Shown here piece by piece: positions 9,248 through 21,314 of a stretch of 64,000 nt of DNA (positions are counted from its first letter, which is position 1; each line of letters begins with the position of its first letter). The notes beneath the pieces were generated by a model, which worked only from the letters and a program-made list of their open reading frames with translations, made no database searches and was not told where the DNA came from. Location of the stretch: NCBI GenBank assembly GCA_000004985.1, contig GG738852.1, one strand, 5' to 3'. A program made the position numbers and the translations under genes. The DNA comes from Naegleria gruberi. Lineage: Eukaryota.

Positions 9248-9799
9248 GACTTTCTTTTTTCAAAACGTGAAATTGAAACGTGACAATGGGCAGTATTACC
9301 AATCTGCACAATTATAAATCACGATCTTAATCTAATTCTATTTATAACAATTCTCTATTTTTGTTCACTGGTCACATTAAGCGAGAAGTTGTTGAGACCT
9401 TTCCAATAGGCACTCGAGTCACAACTTTTTTATTTCTTTATTGTTGAGTCTAATTTTTTTAATACTGATACTAATATGTGTAATATAGCTGATTCTCTAT
9501 TATTTTATTTTAAAATATTGAATCCATTGAGAAAATACTCTCAGATTAGGATCTGGTTTTTCCTTTAAAAAAATCCTTGAGGCAATTTGAAATAAGCTGG
9601 TTCAACATTTAATATCAGCAGCTAAAGACCTTGGGTCATGGATTACCATTGCTGACTGGACAGCATGATACTGCTTGTTTATGCCCAAGGTGACCATTTT
9701 AATTTAATATTGATAAACTTGTGAATGAAATTTGTGAAACTCAAAAATCAAATAAAAGCATAAAATGTTGAGTTAAATTTAGAATCAAACAACAAAAAA

Positions 9800-10192
9800 A
9801 TGTCCAAAGACACATCAAAGAATAATGCAAATAACAATGCAAGACTCATAAATTTATATCGTCATTGTACTTTAGGATTAAAATTGAATGAAAGTTTACA
9901 AGACTTGAAAGAACAAGATAAAATCTCGGAAGACGTTATTGAAAGGGTGATGAAGGTATATGATAAATGTGTCTGTAATGCCCTCAGCAATAAATTGAGC
10001 AACAAGGTTTCCTTCAAAGCCGGATGTACAACTTTTAATTTCAACAATAATGTCTATGTATGGATGCTAAATGATGTGAATTTAAAGATGGGAAATACAA
10101 AACTTGATACATTAGATTTTGTCAAGGTTGTGGCTTGTGAAGGAACTACAACAACAACGAAAAAGACAAAAAAGAGAAAGAGTCAAGATTAA
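9800..10192 (+). CDS. GTF2A2: Transcription initiation factor IIA small (gamma) subunit
   Basis: ATG at 9800. 'LYRHCTLGLKLNESLQDLKEQDKISEDVIERVMKVYDKCV' matches the N-terminal four-helix region of TFIIA-gamma. 'NNNVYVWMLNDVNLKM...LDFVKVVACEG' matches the C-terminal beta-barrel region ('WTFVLNDVEF...VKIVAC'). Confidence 0.85.
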   Translation: MSKDTSKNNANNNARLINLYRHCTLGLKLNESLQDLKEQDKISEDVIERVMKVYDKCVCNALSNKLSNKVSFKAGCTTFNFNNNVYVWMLNDVNLKMGNTKLDTLDFVKVVACEGTTTTTKKTKKRKSQD

Positions 10193-10390
10193 TCATCTCT
10201 ATACTCTAAGAGTCTTGTAAATATTGTTAATTATTATTTATTATTCACCACAAGATTTAATCCGCCACTTTGTGATGGTGATGCAAATTATTTTCAATTC
10301 AAAATTTCTATTAGCTTCCTAACTTGTTTTCTCCTTTCCCAATCTGTATTGATCATTCAATTATTATTAATTCATACAATGTAATTAAAC

Positions 10391-10702
10391 TTAATCGGTC
10401 TTTGATGATTTTTGTTGTTCAGCTTCATGTTGCTTTTTTATCAATTTCAATCTTTGAATTTCTGTTTGCACTGCTCTATCACTTTGAACAGTACGCAATC
10501 CTTGTTCCTCCAATTTATTGTAGCACATTTTGAGGCCGTAAACTTCCTTTTGACAAGCTACCCAACGATGATTGTTAGATTCCAAACATTGATCCATATC
10601 CCAGTATTGTTTAGCACAAGGTCCGAGACCTGCAACAATATTATCAATATCGTTCATGTCTACTTCATTGGATGATGTTGATTCGTTGGTCTTGTTGGTC
10701 AT
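10391..10702 (-). CDS. Twin Cx9C (CHCH) mitochondrial intermembrane-space protein (COX23/CMC-like)
   Basis: ATG at 10700-10702. Two C-x9-C pairs 'CAKQYWDMDQC' and 'CQKEVYGLKMC'. Only 43 bp lie between the upstream gene's stop and this ATG. Confidence 0.65.
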   Translation of the reverse strand: MTNKTNESTSSNEVDMNDIDNIVAGLGPCAKQYWDMDQCLESNNHRWVACQKEVYGLKMCYNKLEEQGLRTVQSDRAVQTEIQRLKLIKKQHEAEQQKSSKTD

Positions 10703-10745
10703 TTTTAAAATAAATTATTATTAAAATTAAATAATCAAAAAAGGT

Positions 10746-12857
10746 TTAATTTGTATTTTTATTCTTTTGGAATGAGCTATTTACCAATTGTTTACAATCA
10801 AAAATAAATACACGTAATAATTGAGAAAAGAATGTCACTTCGTTTGGATTTTCCACATATTCGTCAACCTCTTCAAGTGTTTGGAAATCATTGAGTTTCA
10901 GTTTTGGATATGATTCTCTAATAATAGTAAAAACTTGGTCCTCTGATGGGTAATTTCCGTACTTAGAGTAAATTTCCTCTCCTATTTCACTAATAATCAT
11001 TGAAACGTTTGTAAGTAATTGTCTATTAGTATTGACCTTTTTCAAATTTCTCTCCATCCAATCCAATAGCTCATCAAATACAGCACTTTGTCTTACAAAA
11101 TGATAAATCATTTGTTCATGATGTTTTCTTGTTGGTAAGAAGGCCTCTCCTTTAAGAATACCAAGATTAAACAATTTCAAAACCTTTTCCAATAGTTGAG
11201 ATGCCTTTTCCTTATCCTTACTACAATTATCCTTGGCAATAATATCACAAATCATTGTGAGAGCCTTCCATAGTGTATCCCAATCAACAGCAAATCTGAC
11301 ACGATACTTTCTACTTTGACAAATCAGTAAATGGATTGCAGAGAGGGCTCTCATTGCTAAATCGACTGGAAAATGTTTTCTCTGAAGGTGATGGAATATG
11401 AAATCAATTAGTAATTCCATAAGTACCTTGGCAAGTGTGCCGTATCCATTATATTGATTCTTAACAAAGACTGCCTTTTCCTTTTTGAATAGGAAAAAAT
11501 CAAGTTTCGTATTAATATCAAAAATGTACTTTCTAAAAACTTTCTTTTCAATTAAACATAATATCACTAATAAACAAAAATGTGTATAGTACTGGCTGGT
11601 AATATCTTCTGAAGTCTTTGAGAGTGTGCTATTGTTATTGACATGTTTGGTGGTATAGAATGGTTCTTGGAATAGAATTGAGGTAAATTTCAAAAATTCT
11701 TGGAAAATGAGAGGGCACAATTTAGTTGTTTTGGTTTTTTGCAATTCATCGAGTTGATCCTTGATATTTCTCTTTGGAGAGTCGGTTTTTTCATCAGATA
11801 TTTGAGCAAGTGATCTTGTCATTGAGCCTACAAAATCCTTATTATGATTGGCAAGTTCATAGAGCAAGAGTAGGGATCCTGAGATTTCATTAACACTTCT
11901 TGCTTTCTTACTAACTTGTTCAGTTGAGGAGCCAAATATACTAGACCATACATAATTTACAATTCCTGGTTGTTCTATTGATTTTTCAAAATCCTCATTC
12001 CAAACCAATAAAAATTTGGTAATAACATCTGCAAGTGCTATCATTGAAGATGGTTTTTGAATAGAGCCAATGTGAGCAATATACTTGTTATCAGTTTCGT
12101 ATTTTCTATAGTTGCAAAGTAGTGAAAGACAAATAATGGCATTCTTTTTCATCTTTCCTGAAAATGAAGGGTCTTCAATAACAAAGAGTAGTGGCTCAAA
12201 CACATCAACTAGAGTAAAGTAATCTATAATAGCATTTTGATTGGCATTATCTGCTCCTGTTAGTAAAATAATAAATAAAGCAAGAGTCATTTGTTTAACC
12301 TTTTTAACATCTTTTAACAGTAATTGACAACTCTTGGAAAGGAGGATTTTAAAAAATTCATCAGCACTTTGGAATCCACAAACCAAACTCATTATTCTCA
12401 CACTAAAATTATTCCACTTTTTCGAAAATAATCCTTTAAATATTATACAAAGTGTTTGAATGGCATTGGCCCTTCTAATTTGTGAATCATCATTCAAGTA
12501 AAATAGGCACTTCAAACAAAATGGATTCAATATCGTTTGTTCTATATTCATCAATTCCTCCTCAGTTTGTAGTACAATGGTATTTTCCAAAAATCCTATA
12601 TTAATTTTCAACAAGAACAGTTCATCCCAATAAGAATCTGGCTTTTCGAAAGGTTTGTTAGTTTCATCCCGATAGTTAAAGATTGTCTCGATCATGGCTA
12701 TATACTTCTCTCGGAACACTCCCGATGATCCATTAGTGCTAGTTATTTGTTGTAAAGAGGAGATTTGATTTTTTGGTGTGAGAGAGCCACTAGATGAAGA
12801 TGCGCTCATTTTTTTTAAGTGAATCTTCTTACCAACCACGTAATTGGCACGTGTCAT
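10746..12857 (-). CDS. Hypothetical conserved ~700-aa alpha-helical (armadillo-like) protein
   Basis: ATG at 12855-12857, with an alternative ATG at 12809. Single long ORF. No confident family assignment. Confidence 0.65.
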   Translation of the reverse strand: MTRANYVVGKKIHLKKMSASSSSGSLTPKNQISSLQQITSTNGSSGVFREKYIAMIETIFNYRDETNKPFEKPDSYWDELFLLKINIGFLENTIVLQTEEELMNIEQTILNPFCLKCLFYLNDDSQIRRANAIQTLCIIFKGLFSKKWNNFSVRIMSLVCGFQSADEFFKILLSKSCQLLLKDVKKVKQMTLALFIILLTGADNANQNAIIDYFTLVDVFEPLLFVIEDPSFSGKMKKNAIICLSLLCNYRKYETDNKYIAHIGSIQKPSSMIALADVITKFLLVWNEDFEKSIEQPGIVNYVWSSIFGSSTEQVSKKARSVNEISGSLLLLYELANHNKDFVGSMTRSLAQISDEKTDSPKRNIKDQLDELQKTKTTKLCPLIFQEFLKFTSILFQEPFYTTKHVNNNSTLSKTSEDITSQYYTHFCLLVILCLIEKKVFRKYIFDINTKLDFFLFKKEKAVFVKNQYNGYGTLAKVLMELLIDFIFHHLQRKHFPVDLAMRALSAIHLLICQSRKYRVRFAVDWDTLWKALTMICDIIAKDNCSKDKEKASQLLEKVLKLFNLGILKGEAFLPTRKHHEQMIYHFVRQSAVFDELLDWMERNLKKVNTNRQLLTNVSMIISEIGEEIYSKYGNYPSEDQVFTIIRESYPKLKLNDFQTLEEVDEYVENPNEVTFFSQLLRVFIFDCKQLVNSSFQKNKNTN

Positions 12858-13022
12858 TCAGATTGTAATGCATCACATTCAATTATTAATTCGTAGAATT
12901 GAAAATAAAACTGTTATCTGTTTTATTCAGAATAAAGAAACTTTTTTTAAAACAAGGTAAAAGAAGAATCAGAGTCCAGATATTTAGTTTGGCAAATGTC
13001 TTCCACTGGTAAAGTTCAGTTA

Positions 13023-14331
13023 CTACTTTTGAATATTCAGCGTTTTGCTGGATACAAACGGAATAGTAGAATTATCAAAAACACCCGACCTTGATTCGGT
13101 AGGTTTGAAAGGGTAACTTAATTGTTTTTCCTTTGCATCTTTTCTTGTGATGGATCTAACTGGATCAATAAACTTCTCAGAGGCAAGAATAGTCTCTACA
13201 GGAATAACATCCTTCTTTTTCTTACATGGTACATAATTCTTTTTGGAGACTAGAGTAATTAGTTTCAATGTTGTTATTGTTATTCATTAGGTTAATTAAG
13301 CATTACTTACTTCTTGTATCTTTTTCAATCATATTCTCAAACCTAATGACTTCCTTATCTGTATCGTATTTACAAGAGTTTTGAATTGATCTTTCATAAG
13401 TCTTTTCTTTGATTGATACAACCTCTTCTGGTGGTTTGAAAGGGCCATGTCTTTTATCCTTATATCTCATTTTGTCCTTATCATTAATCGGTGGTAGAGG
13501 TTTATCCCTTTCTTGAAGATTTCCTTTAATTTGATCTGGATACAGGTAGGCAAGGGATGGATGTGTTTTCAGTTCCGAATTGTTGGATCTCATCAGAGTT
13601 GAATTTACAGGAACAACCTTCTTATTTTGAAGACTGTTAATATATTCAGTTTTTGCAACGTATCTCAATTGGTCTTCTACTGGAATTCCATATACAGTAT
13701 CCTCGGAAATATATCTATGATTTGGTTTGTAAACACCAGGAATGGCCTTTGTACTGACAAGGTGATGAAGGGACTTTGAATATTCTTGAAATTTTTCGTA
13801 GTCTTTCTTTTCCTTTTCATCTTGCATTTCCTCAGTTCTTTGTTGCTTGTATTGTTGTACATATTCGTTTGTGAGAGAACTTTGATGTTCAACAAAGGCC
13901 AAATACTCCTTTCTCTTATAATAATTATGTACATATTTTCTCACCCAAAATCCTCTGAATATCCTTTGAATTTGAGCTGCACAATAGTGATAGAGTTGAA
14001 TTCGCTCCTGTTTTTCTCGTTCCTCTTGCAGAAGTCTTTTCAATTTCCTTCCATAAAGATGTCCTCTAAATACTCTCTGAATTGTAATTACTTTATGTCT
14101 GAATTTAAGGAATGCACTTCTTACAATCCATCTTCTGTATGTTTTTTGAATTGAGAGCGCAGCCTTGTTTTCCTTATCTCTATTTGATTCCGCCTCCCTT
14201 TAAAATTTGTCAATTAATTATTCAATCCAATTTATATAATGATCGTACCTTCTGGCTTGAAAGAAACTCTCCATCACAATATCGGGAGAGAGTTCTAAGA
14301 AGATTTTAGGTCTATTTGTTCCTACAGACAT
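13023..14331 (-). CDS. IQ-motif protein, three exons (14249-14331, 13311-14197, 13023-13249). At least three IQ motifs ('AALSIQKTYRRW', 'VITIQRVFRGHLYGRK', 'AAQIQRIFRGFWVRKYV').
   Basis: ATG at 14329-14331 (MSVGTNRPKIF...). Intron 1 is 14198-14248 (51 nt, GTACGA...AAAG). Intron 2 is 13250-13310 (61 nt, GTAAGT...CTAG). Both are phase-compatible and merge the track ORFs 13303..14043 and 13023..13268. Confidence 0.75.
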
Positions 14332-14714
14332 TTTTTTCAAGTTGTTTGACCAGTAAATTAAATGGCGGGAAATCATCTTCCATCACCTTTTACTTACCTT
14401 GAATCAAACGAAGCCTATTCTATTTCTGACAAATTGATAAATAGAATAATCTTCTATTGTTTTAACTATTAATTATGAAAATAAATCCTTTCGATAACAT
14501 CGCTTTATTCTCTCTAAATACCATATTTATTCAAATAGTACGCAGTTGAGTGACTCATCTATTTTTCTAAGGAATGAAAATTGTAGTTTTTTAGCGCCAA
14601 ATTTCATTCCACTCTTTCACACCTGTTAAGGCTTTTTCATTGTTATTAAAATAACACTCTTAAAAAAACATTCAAAGTCAACTATCCTCACATACTAAAT
14701 GAAACTCATCAACA

Positions 14715-16156
14715 ATGGACAGAAGTGACTACGACAGTGAAGATGATCAGCAAAACTGGACAATCCCTGATACACAGGAGCAAGAAGAAGATACCACACC
14801 TCTCTTTGAGAATGTTTCACCTCAACCAAAATCTAGCGAAAGAGATTCGGTTCATCTTCATCAACTATATTACATTGACCAAGGTGAATGGAATGATTTC
14901 CAGAATAATCAGCAATCAAATCAACTCTCTCCAACATTGGATAATGTATCACCTAGCCTTGACTCTTCTCAATACCATCTTCAAGATAATCTTCTTCTAG
15001 GTATTAAGCAAGAGCCACCAACAACAACATTAGACAAGGCTCTTCTCATTGGAACCTCTCTTCCTAGCTTTATCAGAAAGAAACTTCCCAAAGAGGAGCA
15101 AGAAAAATTTGCCAACACCCGACTGCTCATGTTCAACAGAGATTATTTCTTTGCAGTGATGGACGAGGAGAACGACGAATTGGATCGCTTGGTATGCATT
15201 GATAAGGCTGACCTTACTCTCAATCCAAAAGATGATAATTATTCTGTAAAGAGAAGGCGAACATTTGCAACTTCCGATGATGAAGAAGAATCGATTGATA
15301 GTGAGTGTGACCTGTATGTTGATGAGGCAGAATCAGACGAATCAGCAGACTATAAAGAATATGAAGAATATGTGGATTTTGAAGAAGAGGATGTAGCAGA
15401 GGAAGAAATAGAAAAACCCAAACCTGTGAAACCTAAAAGAACAAGAGCTTCATCCTCAAAAGAAAATAGAGTTTCATCTTTATCATCCCAAATTGCTTCA
15501 TCTTCCTCCTCCGCAGAAAACTCATCCTCCACTGTACATAGAGTTTCATCAACATCAGATACAATACTTGTTCACTTCTTTGCAGATAAGATTGAGGAAG
15601 GAAGATACCTATCCTCCACTATTTATGCTCCGTGCAGAACTAAAACAGGAGCAAAAGCAGTCAAACCAAATGCCTATGTAAATAAGAGAACCACCATCAA
15701 ACAAACCGACAAGACACTGCTGCTAACAATTAGTAATCCATTTGGGAATTTAAATAGACATGATTTTGAAATTTGCATCATTGTGGATGATAGTTTCCAT
15801 GGAGAGGAATTAAAAGTGAGGGATCAGTTGAATGATAAGGAAATGCTTGTGAAAAAATTGATAAAAGACCCAGAAGAAGAAGACCTACTAACAATTGTAC
15901 ATCAGAAAAAGGTTGAAGAAGGATGGGAAATTGGTTGTCAAGTTAGCACTTCAAATAATTTTGGATGGAAATCAAAGCACAAGTATTACAAATTTCTAAT
16001 TCTATCCAACATTCAAAATGTCCACTCATGTGTTTCCGAAGAATTTAGAGTCTCTCAAAATGTAAGTTTTGTCTAATTCCATGAATGCTTAATCTTAATA
16101 TTCCTCTCCTTCATCAGTGTGCTCAAAACATGAGACAGTCCAATAAGAAAAAGTAA
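14715..16156 (+). CDS. Hypothetical acidic Ser/Glu-rich protein. Two exons are likely (14715-16061, 16118-16156).
   Basis: ATG at 14715. GTAAGT at 16062 and a CAG acceptor at 16115-16117 give a 56-nt phase-0 intron, then 'CAQNMRQSNKKK*'. A second downstream intron is possible but unsupported. Confidence 0.55.
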
Positions 16157-16267
16157 GTCAATTGTTCAATGCCTTATTTCTTTACATTATTTTTAAAAAG
16201 AAAAAAGCAAAAGAAGAGAAAAAAACATATTTCCTAGATTGATTTTTTAATAAATTAGATCAATATG

Positions 16268-18679
16268 TTACTGAGTTGTAGCTCCAATAAATAAATCTTC
16301 TTCTTCGTCTCTCATTTCATCATCAGTTAAGGTGGCTTCTGTTTGAGTAGCTTCTCTATTTTCTGTTTGAGTTACTTCTTGTCTTTCTGGCTCATTCTCA
16401 TCTTCGGTATCTGAGAGAATTTCATTATCATTCTCTTCACCAATCTCAAGCCATTCCTCAATCTTCTTCTTCATAATGTGACGAACTTGTTCAAGTGCAT
16501 GATGGGAGTACCAACCTGATTTTGGATCACATTCTGCATTTTGATTCCACACATACTCTCTCAATCCTAGTTCTTCACCTGATTTGATGCCCAAAAGTAC
16601 ACCATAGGTTATTGGTATCTTTTCGTCCTTTTCTGCCATAATAATATTTTGTGCAGATGATAATCTAATATCACACAATTGATAAAACACTTGAATTTGT
16701 GTTGGTACTGAATTAAATTCATATGAAGCATTGTCATCATTTTCACCTTGATTCGTGTTTGCATTGGTACTCAAAACTGAAGAGGTTGCATTTGGTGCCA
16801 CGTTTTCATTTTCATTGTTTGGCTGGTCCTTATTTTGTCCTGAATACAAGTAATCATGCAAGTCAATGTGTAAATCAGTTCTTCTCTTTGGAAGACGTCT
16901 GAATTTGTTTGTTTCCATTTCGTCATCCTTCTTTTTACCTGCCAATGCATTGATTTTTGGTCTCAACTCTTGAGGAATTCTAAAATCTAACATTTGATAA
17001 TAGGCAGCACCCACATCTTTTTTAGGGTCGTAACCATATCGCACCCATAACATTCTCCAAGGACCACTCTTGTAGTGATAGGCAATTCTTGGAAGTACCA
17101 TTCTGAGTTTCCATCTATCCTTTCTACCTTCAAACTTACTTGTAATGGCACTTCTGGACCACATTGGTCTGATTTTTCTACTCTTTGAATCAGATAAATT
17201 GTCAATTGCTGATTCTTCATTTTCATTGTCAGGATAACCAAATAATTTTCTCAATTTCTTTTCCATATCAGTGTACAATTCCTTATCTTTAGCATTGACA
17301 ATATCTGGAGGTGGACCTGTTGGAACTTCATCTTCAAAGTTAATTTCAACACAATGAGGAACGTATTGCTTATTTTTCTTAATTAATCTCTTAAAATTGG
17401 AGCTACCATCGTGAGAAACGATTGGTACGACCTCTGAAAGTGGATTTTGCTTAAAGGCATAATCCATTGGCATGTCAAAACGTGAGAATATTGGTGGAGG
17501 TAAATCTAGCATTGCCTTATGATGTTTGGTATTCTTTCCTGTATGAGGATGCTCCAATGATGCTCTAGAAAGAAAAACCGTCGAGGTGGCTTCTGACAAT
17601 TCATCAGAATAATAAATACTTCTTTGTTGTGAGTTACGTGCATCTTGGTTTAAAGCTGTCGATGACTTGTTAGAATTGACATCATCTGTGTGCATTTCAT
17701 CTCCTTCATCTCCAATATTCGAAAAATTATTGCTAGCAGCATTTTCAGTTCCATTTTGATCATCATCCATAGATTGATCCAAATCGACATATTTTGGTTG
17801 AATATATTGAAAATCAGACATTCCTTTAAAATTCACAGTTTTTGAAATAGTTCCAATAACACTAATTTCCGAATTTGATGAGTCATACCTCGTGACTACC
17901 TTATCTCCAATAACTTTTTTAACTTTCTTTCTTCTGATTCGAACGAGTAAATTATTTGTTGAAGTGGCATCACCATAAACTGGATGACAACTCATAAAAT
18001 TGCCAGGTCTAAATCTACATTCCAAAAATTTAGAATCAGAATTTGGTGCTTCTTGTTCTTTCGAATTTTTACCATTTGCTATTGTTTGAGATGGTGGAGG
18101 TGGTGACTTTTTGTGTAATTTCTGAATACTTTTCATTCCTCCGAGCATTTGAATGGCATTCGAAACATTTTTCACTCTTCCAGGAAATAATACCATTGTA
18201 TATTTAGTTTCTGGTATTGAATAAATTGGAGCCTTTTCATAATTCATAGCTGGTGCCAGATATGAAATGATAGAAGCTTGCTGAGGTGTTACTACAGGGA
18301 CAGGTTGTCCAACCATCATGGAAGGAGATGTTGCATCATAGATAGGAATTGCTGAACCCAAATGTATTGATGGTGGTGGTATTAATGGTACTTCGGAATT
18401 GTTAATTGTGACTGGTTGTGTTCCTCCTTCTTCATTCTGTATTTGTGTTGGTTGATAGGAGGAGGAGAAGGATGAATTATTGTCATCATTGTCCACTATC
18501 ATCATGACTCCAACATTGCTGTTATTAGTTTCATGATTATTATTATTATTATTAAAATTATTTTCTTGTTGTTCCTGATTAACTACTACTACTTCCGAAT
18601 GGGGTGGTGTATTGTTTGTTCCATCTTCTTGTTGACTGTTTCGTTGTCGCCACAGTTGGTATTCTTGTTGGCTTATCAT
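16268..18679 (-). CDS. GTF3C5: RNA polymerase III transcription factor TFIIIC subunit 5 (tau95/Sfc1 family) with long low-complexity N- and C-terminal extensions
   Basis: ATG at 18677-18679. Tau95 blocks: 'KGMSDFQYIQ', 'PPPIFSRFDMPMDYAF', 'EINFEDEVP', 'LRKLF...IRPMWSRSAI', 'GPWRMLWVRYGYDPKKD', 'QMLDFRIP', 'QVFYQLCDIRL'. Confidence 0.75.
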   Translation of the reverse strand: MISQQEYQLWRQRNSQQEDGTNNTPPHSEVVVVNQEQQENNFNNNNNNHETNNSNVGVMMIVDNDDNNSSFSSSYQPTQIQNEEGGTQPVTINNSEVPLIPPPSIHLGSAIPIYDATSPSMMVGQPVPVVTPQQASIISYLAPAMNYEKAPIYSIPETKYTMVLFPGRVKNVSNAIQMLGGMKSIQKLHKKSPPPPSQTIANGKNSKEQEAPNSDSKFLECRFRPGNFMSCHPVYGDATSTNNLLVRIRRKKVKKVIGDKVVTRYDSSNSEISVIGTISKTVNFKGMSDFQYIQPKYVDLDQSMDDDQNGTENAASNNFSNIGDEGDEMHTDDVNSNKSSTALNQDARNSQQRSIYYSDELSEATSTVFLSRASLEHPHTGKNTKHHKAMLDLPPPIFSRFDMPMDYAFKQNPLSEVVPIVSHDGSSNFKRLIKKNKQYVPHCVEINFEDEVPTGPPPDIVNAKDKELYTDMEKKLRKLFGYPDNENEESAIDNLSDSKSRKIRPMWSRSAITSKFEGRKDRWKLRMVLPRIAYHYKSGPWRMLWVRYGYDPKKDVGAAYYQMLDFRIPQELRPKINALAGKKKDDEMETNKFRRLPKRRTDLHIDLHDYLYSGQNKDQPNNENENVAPNATSSVLSTNANTNQGENDDNASYEFNSVPTQIQVFYQLCDIRLSSAQNIIMAEKDEKIPITYGVLLGIKSGEELGLREYVWNQNAECDPKSGWYSHHALEQVRHIMKKKIEEWLEIGEENDNEILSDTEDENEPERQEVTQTENREATQTEATLTDDEMRDEEEDLFIGATTQ

Positions 18680-18738
18680 TTTTTTAATGTTGTGGAAACT
18701 TTAAACTGACACTTTTTAATTGTTGTTGAAAATTATTA

Positions 18739-19944
18739 CTATTTATTTTCTCTTCTTTCTTTGATTTCTCCCAAGAGCTTGTCCTTTTTAAGCGAGAATT
18801 CAGTTTTAATTCTTTCCATTTCTTCCATGAGTGCCTTTTTGTAATTTTCAACAATTTCATTGTTTGCATTGGAGTATTCTTGTCTGGTATGTTTTTGAAC
18901 TTGCAGTTCATTTTCAATATGTACCTCATTTACACTATCATTCGAGTCATCAGAGGTAGCAGATTTGTTAAGGAGTTCCATTCCTGACTGAGATGATCTC
19001 ATTTTAGTTAAGGTTGACCTGTCAAAAGGAAGCTTTTCTTCCGTTACAAACTCTTCATTAAGGTATTCCCTCATGTTGTATTGCACTAGGTTTGGAAGTT
19101 GCTCCTTAACGGAATCTTCTTCTAATACTAGAGGGTTTTGGTCAATGTTGAATATGATAAGGCTCTTTGGTAAGTTTTCCAAATCACAATATTCAATTAC
19201 ATTATTGGATAAGTCAAGGTATTGAAGTTTGTGGTTATCTGCCAATTCATTTTCCACACGTTTAATCTTGTTATCAAATAATGCTAAAAATACAAGGTGT
19301 GGCAAATATCTAAACTCATCAGATAACTCTGTAATAAAATTCTATTCTATGGTCAATAAATTTCATTCACTAAAACTTACACATTGCAGATAAATATGAG
19401 TCAAATGGCCATACAAATCCAAATTTTCAATTACATGAATATTACTACGATCCAAATTTAACTTTTTAAGCTCGAATAATGAAGTGTACAACTCGTCCTC
19501 ATCAGTTGGAATCTCAGTGAGACACTTGTCTGCCACTAACTTGGGTGTTATCTTTGTTGGTTTTTTGACTACTGTAGATTGAGTACGTTCCTTTTTCAAG
19601 TCATTTTCCATGTCCTTTATTGAATAAAATCCTTCACCAAGACCATCAGATTCATCATTATTCAGGTCAATATTTTCCGATAGAGTGCTTGATGTATCAT
19701 TGATCTCCACTTCTTGTTTCTCCTGTTCTTGTTGTTGCTTGGAGGGAGTAGAAGATTTTGATTCAGTCTTTTTTGCCACCTTTGGTTGTTGAGATGTTAC
19801 TACTGCACTTTTTGTAGTATTATTATTACGTTGTGGTTGTACAGTGTTTGGTGTTCTTTCCGATAAGGATTTGTTACTAGCCGAAGAGGTTGTAGTTTTT
19901 GTTGTTTTTGCACCTGTTGTTGTACTAGTTTTGGCGCCAATCAT
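18739..19944 (-). CDS. Leucine-rich-repeat (SDS22-like) protein with a Ser/Thr-rich N-terminus and a C-terminal coiled-coil. Two exons (19381-19944, 18739-19326).
   Basis: ATG at 19942-19944. Intron 19327-19380 (54 nt, GTAAGT...ACAG) is phase 0. It joins 'HIYLQC' to 'LSDEFRYLPHLVFLALFDNKIKRVENEL' and the LRR periodicity carries across the junction. Confidence 0.75.
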
Positions 19945-20012
19945 TTTTTTTTGTAGTTGAAAGTAATTTAAGGAAGCAACTCAAGCAACCAACCCAACCT
20001 GGTATCGGAAAA

Positions 20013-21162
20013 CTAATTATTTTCCCTTGTTGTGGGAGTGATTACTGGGTTTTTGCATGAGAGTTCTTCATTGAGGAAGGTAAATATATCGATCATACTC
20101 TTCATTAAGAATGCAAAGCAATTGGTATGAGTAAAATTGGCCGCCAAACAACCTAAAGGAACATAAAAAGCATTGGTCTGTAGAAGAAATTCAAAGAGAC
20201 TCTCATTCTCTTCACAAACATCCCAAGCAGCTGACCACTCTAAAAAGTATTCATAATAATACCTAAAGGTACCATGCTCATCAATGTTCCACACTGGTTT
20301 GCATGAAAGGAGTGACTCAGAGTGATCTCTTCTCACTCCATTAATTCCAACTAATTCCATCTTTAAAAGATTACTTAAAATTTTGTTCATGTCGGCAGAA
20401 ATTAAATATACAGTGGTTTGGTACTGTTCTCCAGAAAAAGATATTTCTATTTGCTTTTTTTCAAAATATGGATTTAGGGATTGGGTAGGAAGCCTAAGTG
20501 GAATTGAAAGCTTAGTCAATGTTCTCGTATAATCATTCACTGACTCTCCATTTACAGTAACACTCACTTGTCCAATAGTTTGTGTATCAAAATTGATTTG
20601 TACATATTCTCTTGGATTTCCAAAGTAAAAAGTTCTAAATAAATTGATCGTCAAATCCTTGTTATTTCTTCCTCTAACAACTTCATGAGAATTGGCAATT
20701 TTACGTAAAACATCATCGCTCAACAATTGCAACAACCTGTCAGACACGATACTGAACACCAATTTTTTCTGAAGTGGATTGAGTGTATTATCTGCAATTT
20801 GTTTGTTAAAATTATCTACATTGGTTGGATTTCTAATTAGATACTTGATGACTTTGTATCGAAGACTATTCTTTCCTCTAGCATCAATATCATAGGCATC
20901 TAGTGTTAATCTTCCGATCAGACTTTGATTGGTAATCTTCACCCTAGTTGCATTTCTAGATCGTTTATGAATATTAATTTCATTATTTGTGATGGTTTTA
21001 ATAACACTCTTTGTTTTCGTAATGTACACTAGTGTACGCACATTGTCGAGTGATAAATCCTCATCATATAGAGCACTTCCAGACTTGGACTCTATAAGTG
21101 ATGAAGAATTATAATCCTCTGATGATGTTGTTTTTCCACCTTCTTCTTCGTTCGTTTCCATC
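20013..21162 (-). CDS. Hypothetical 383-aa protein
   Basis: The first true ATG is at 21160-21162 (METNEEEGG). The track start at 21167 is a GTG. Clean ORF with TAA stop. Confidence 0.55.
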
Positions 21163-21314
21163 AACACACAGATTGTTTAAAAATTTGAGTATCCTTGACA
21201 ACAGGGTTTTGGCTGTATGGCAATATTTTTTGTTTGATGAATTTTATTATTTTTAAATTGTAGGCTGAAGAATGGAAAATTTAATTGTATTGGAAATATG
21301 ACTTCACTAATATT

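Noticed and set aside
16153-16243. Second intron at the 3' end of gene 14715..16156 (GTAAGTCA...AAAAAG, 16153-16200) extending the protein by ~13 aa
   Set aside because: The simpler model already ends in TAA at 16154-16156. The extension is short and Lys-rich and has no independent support.
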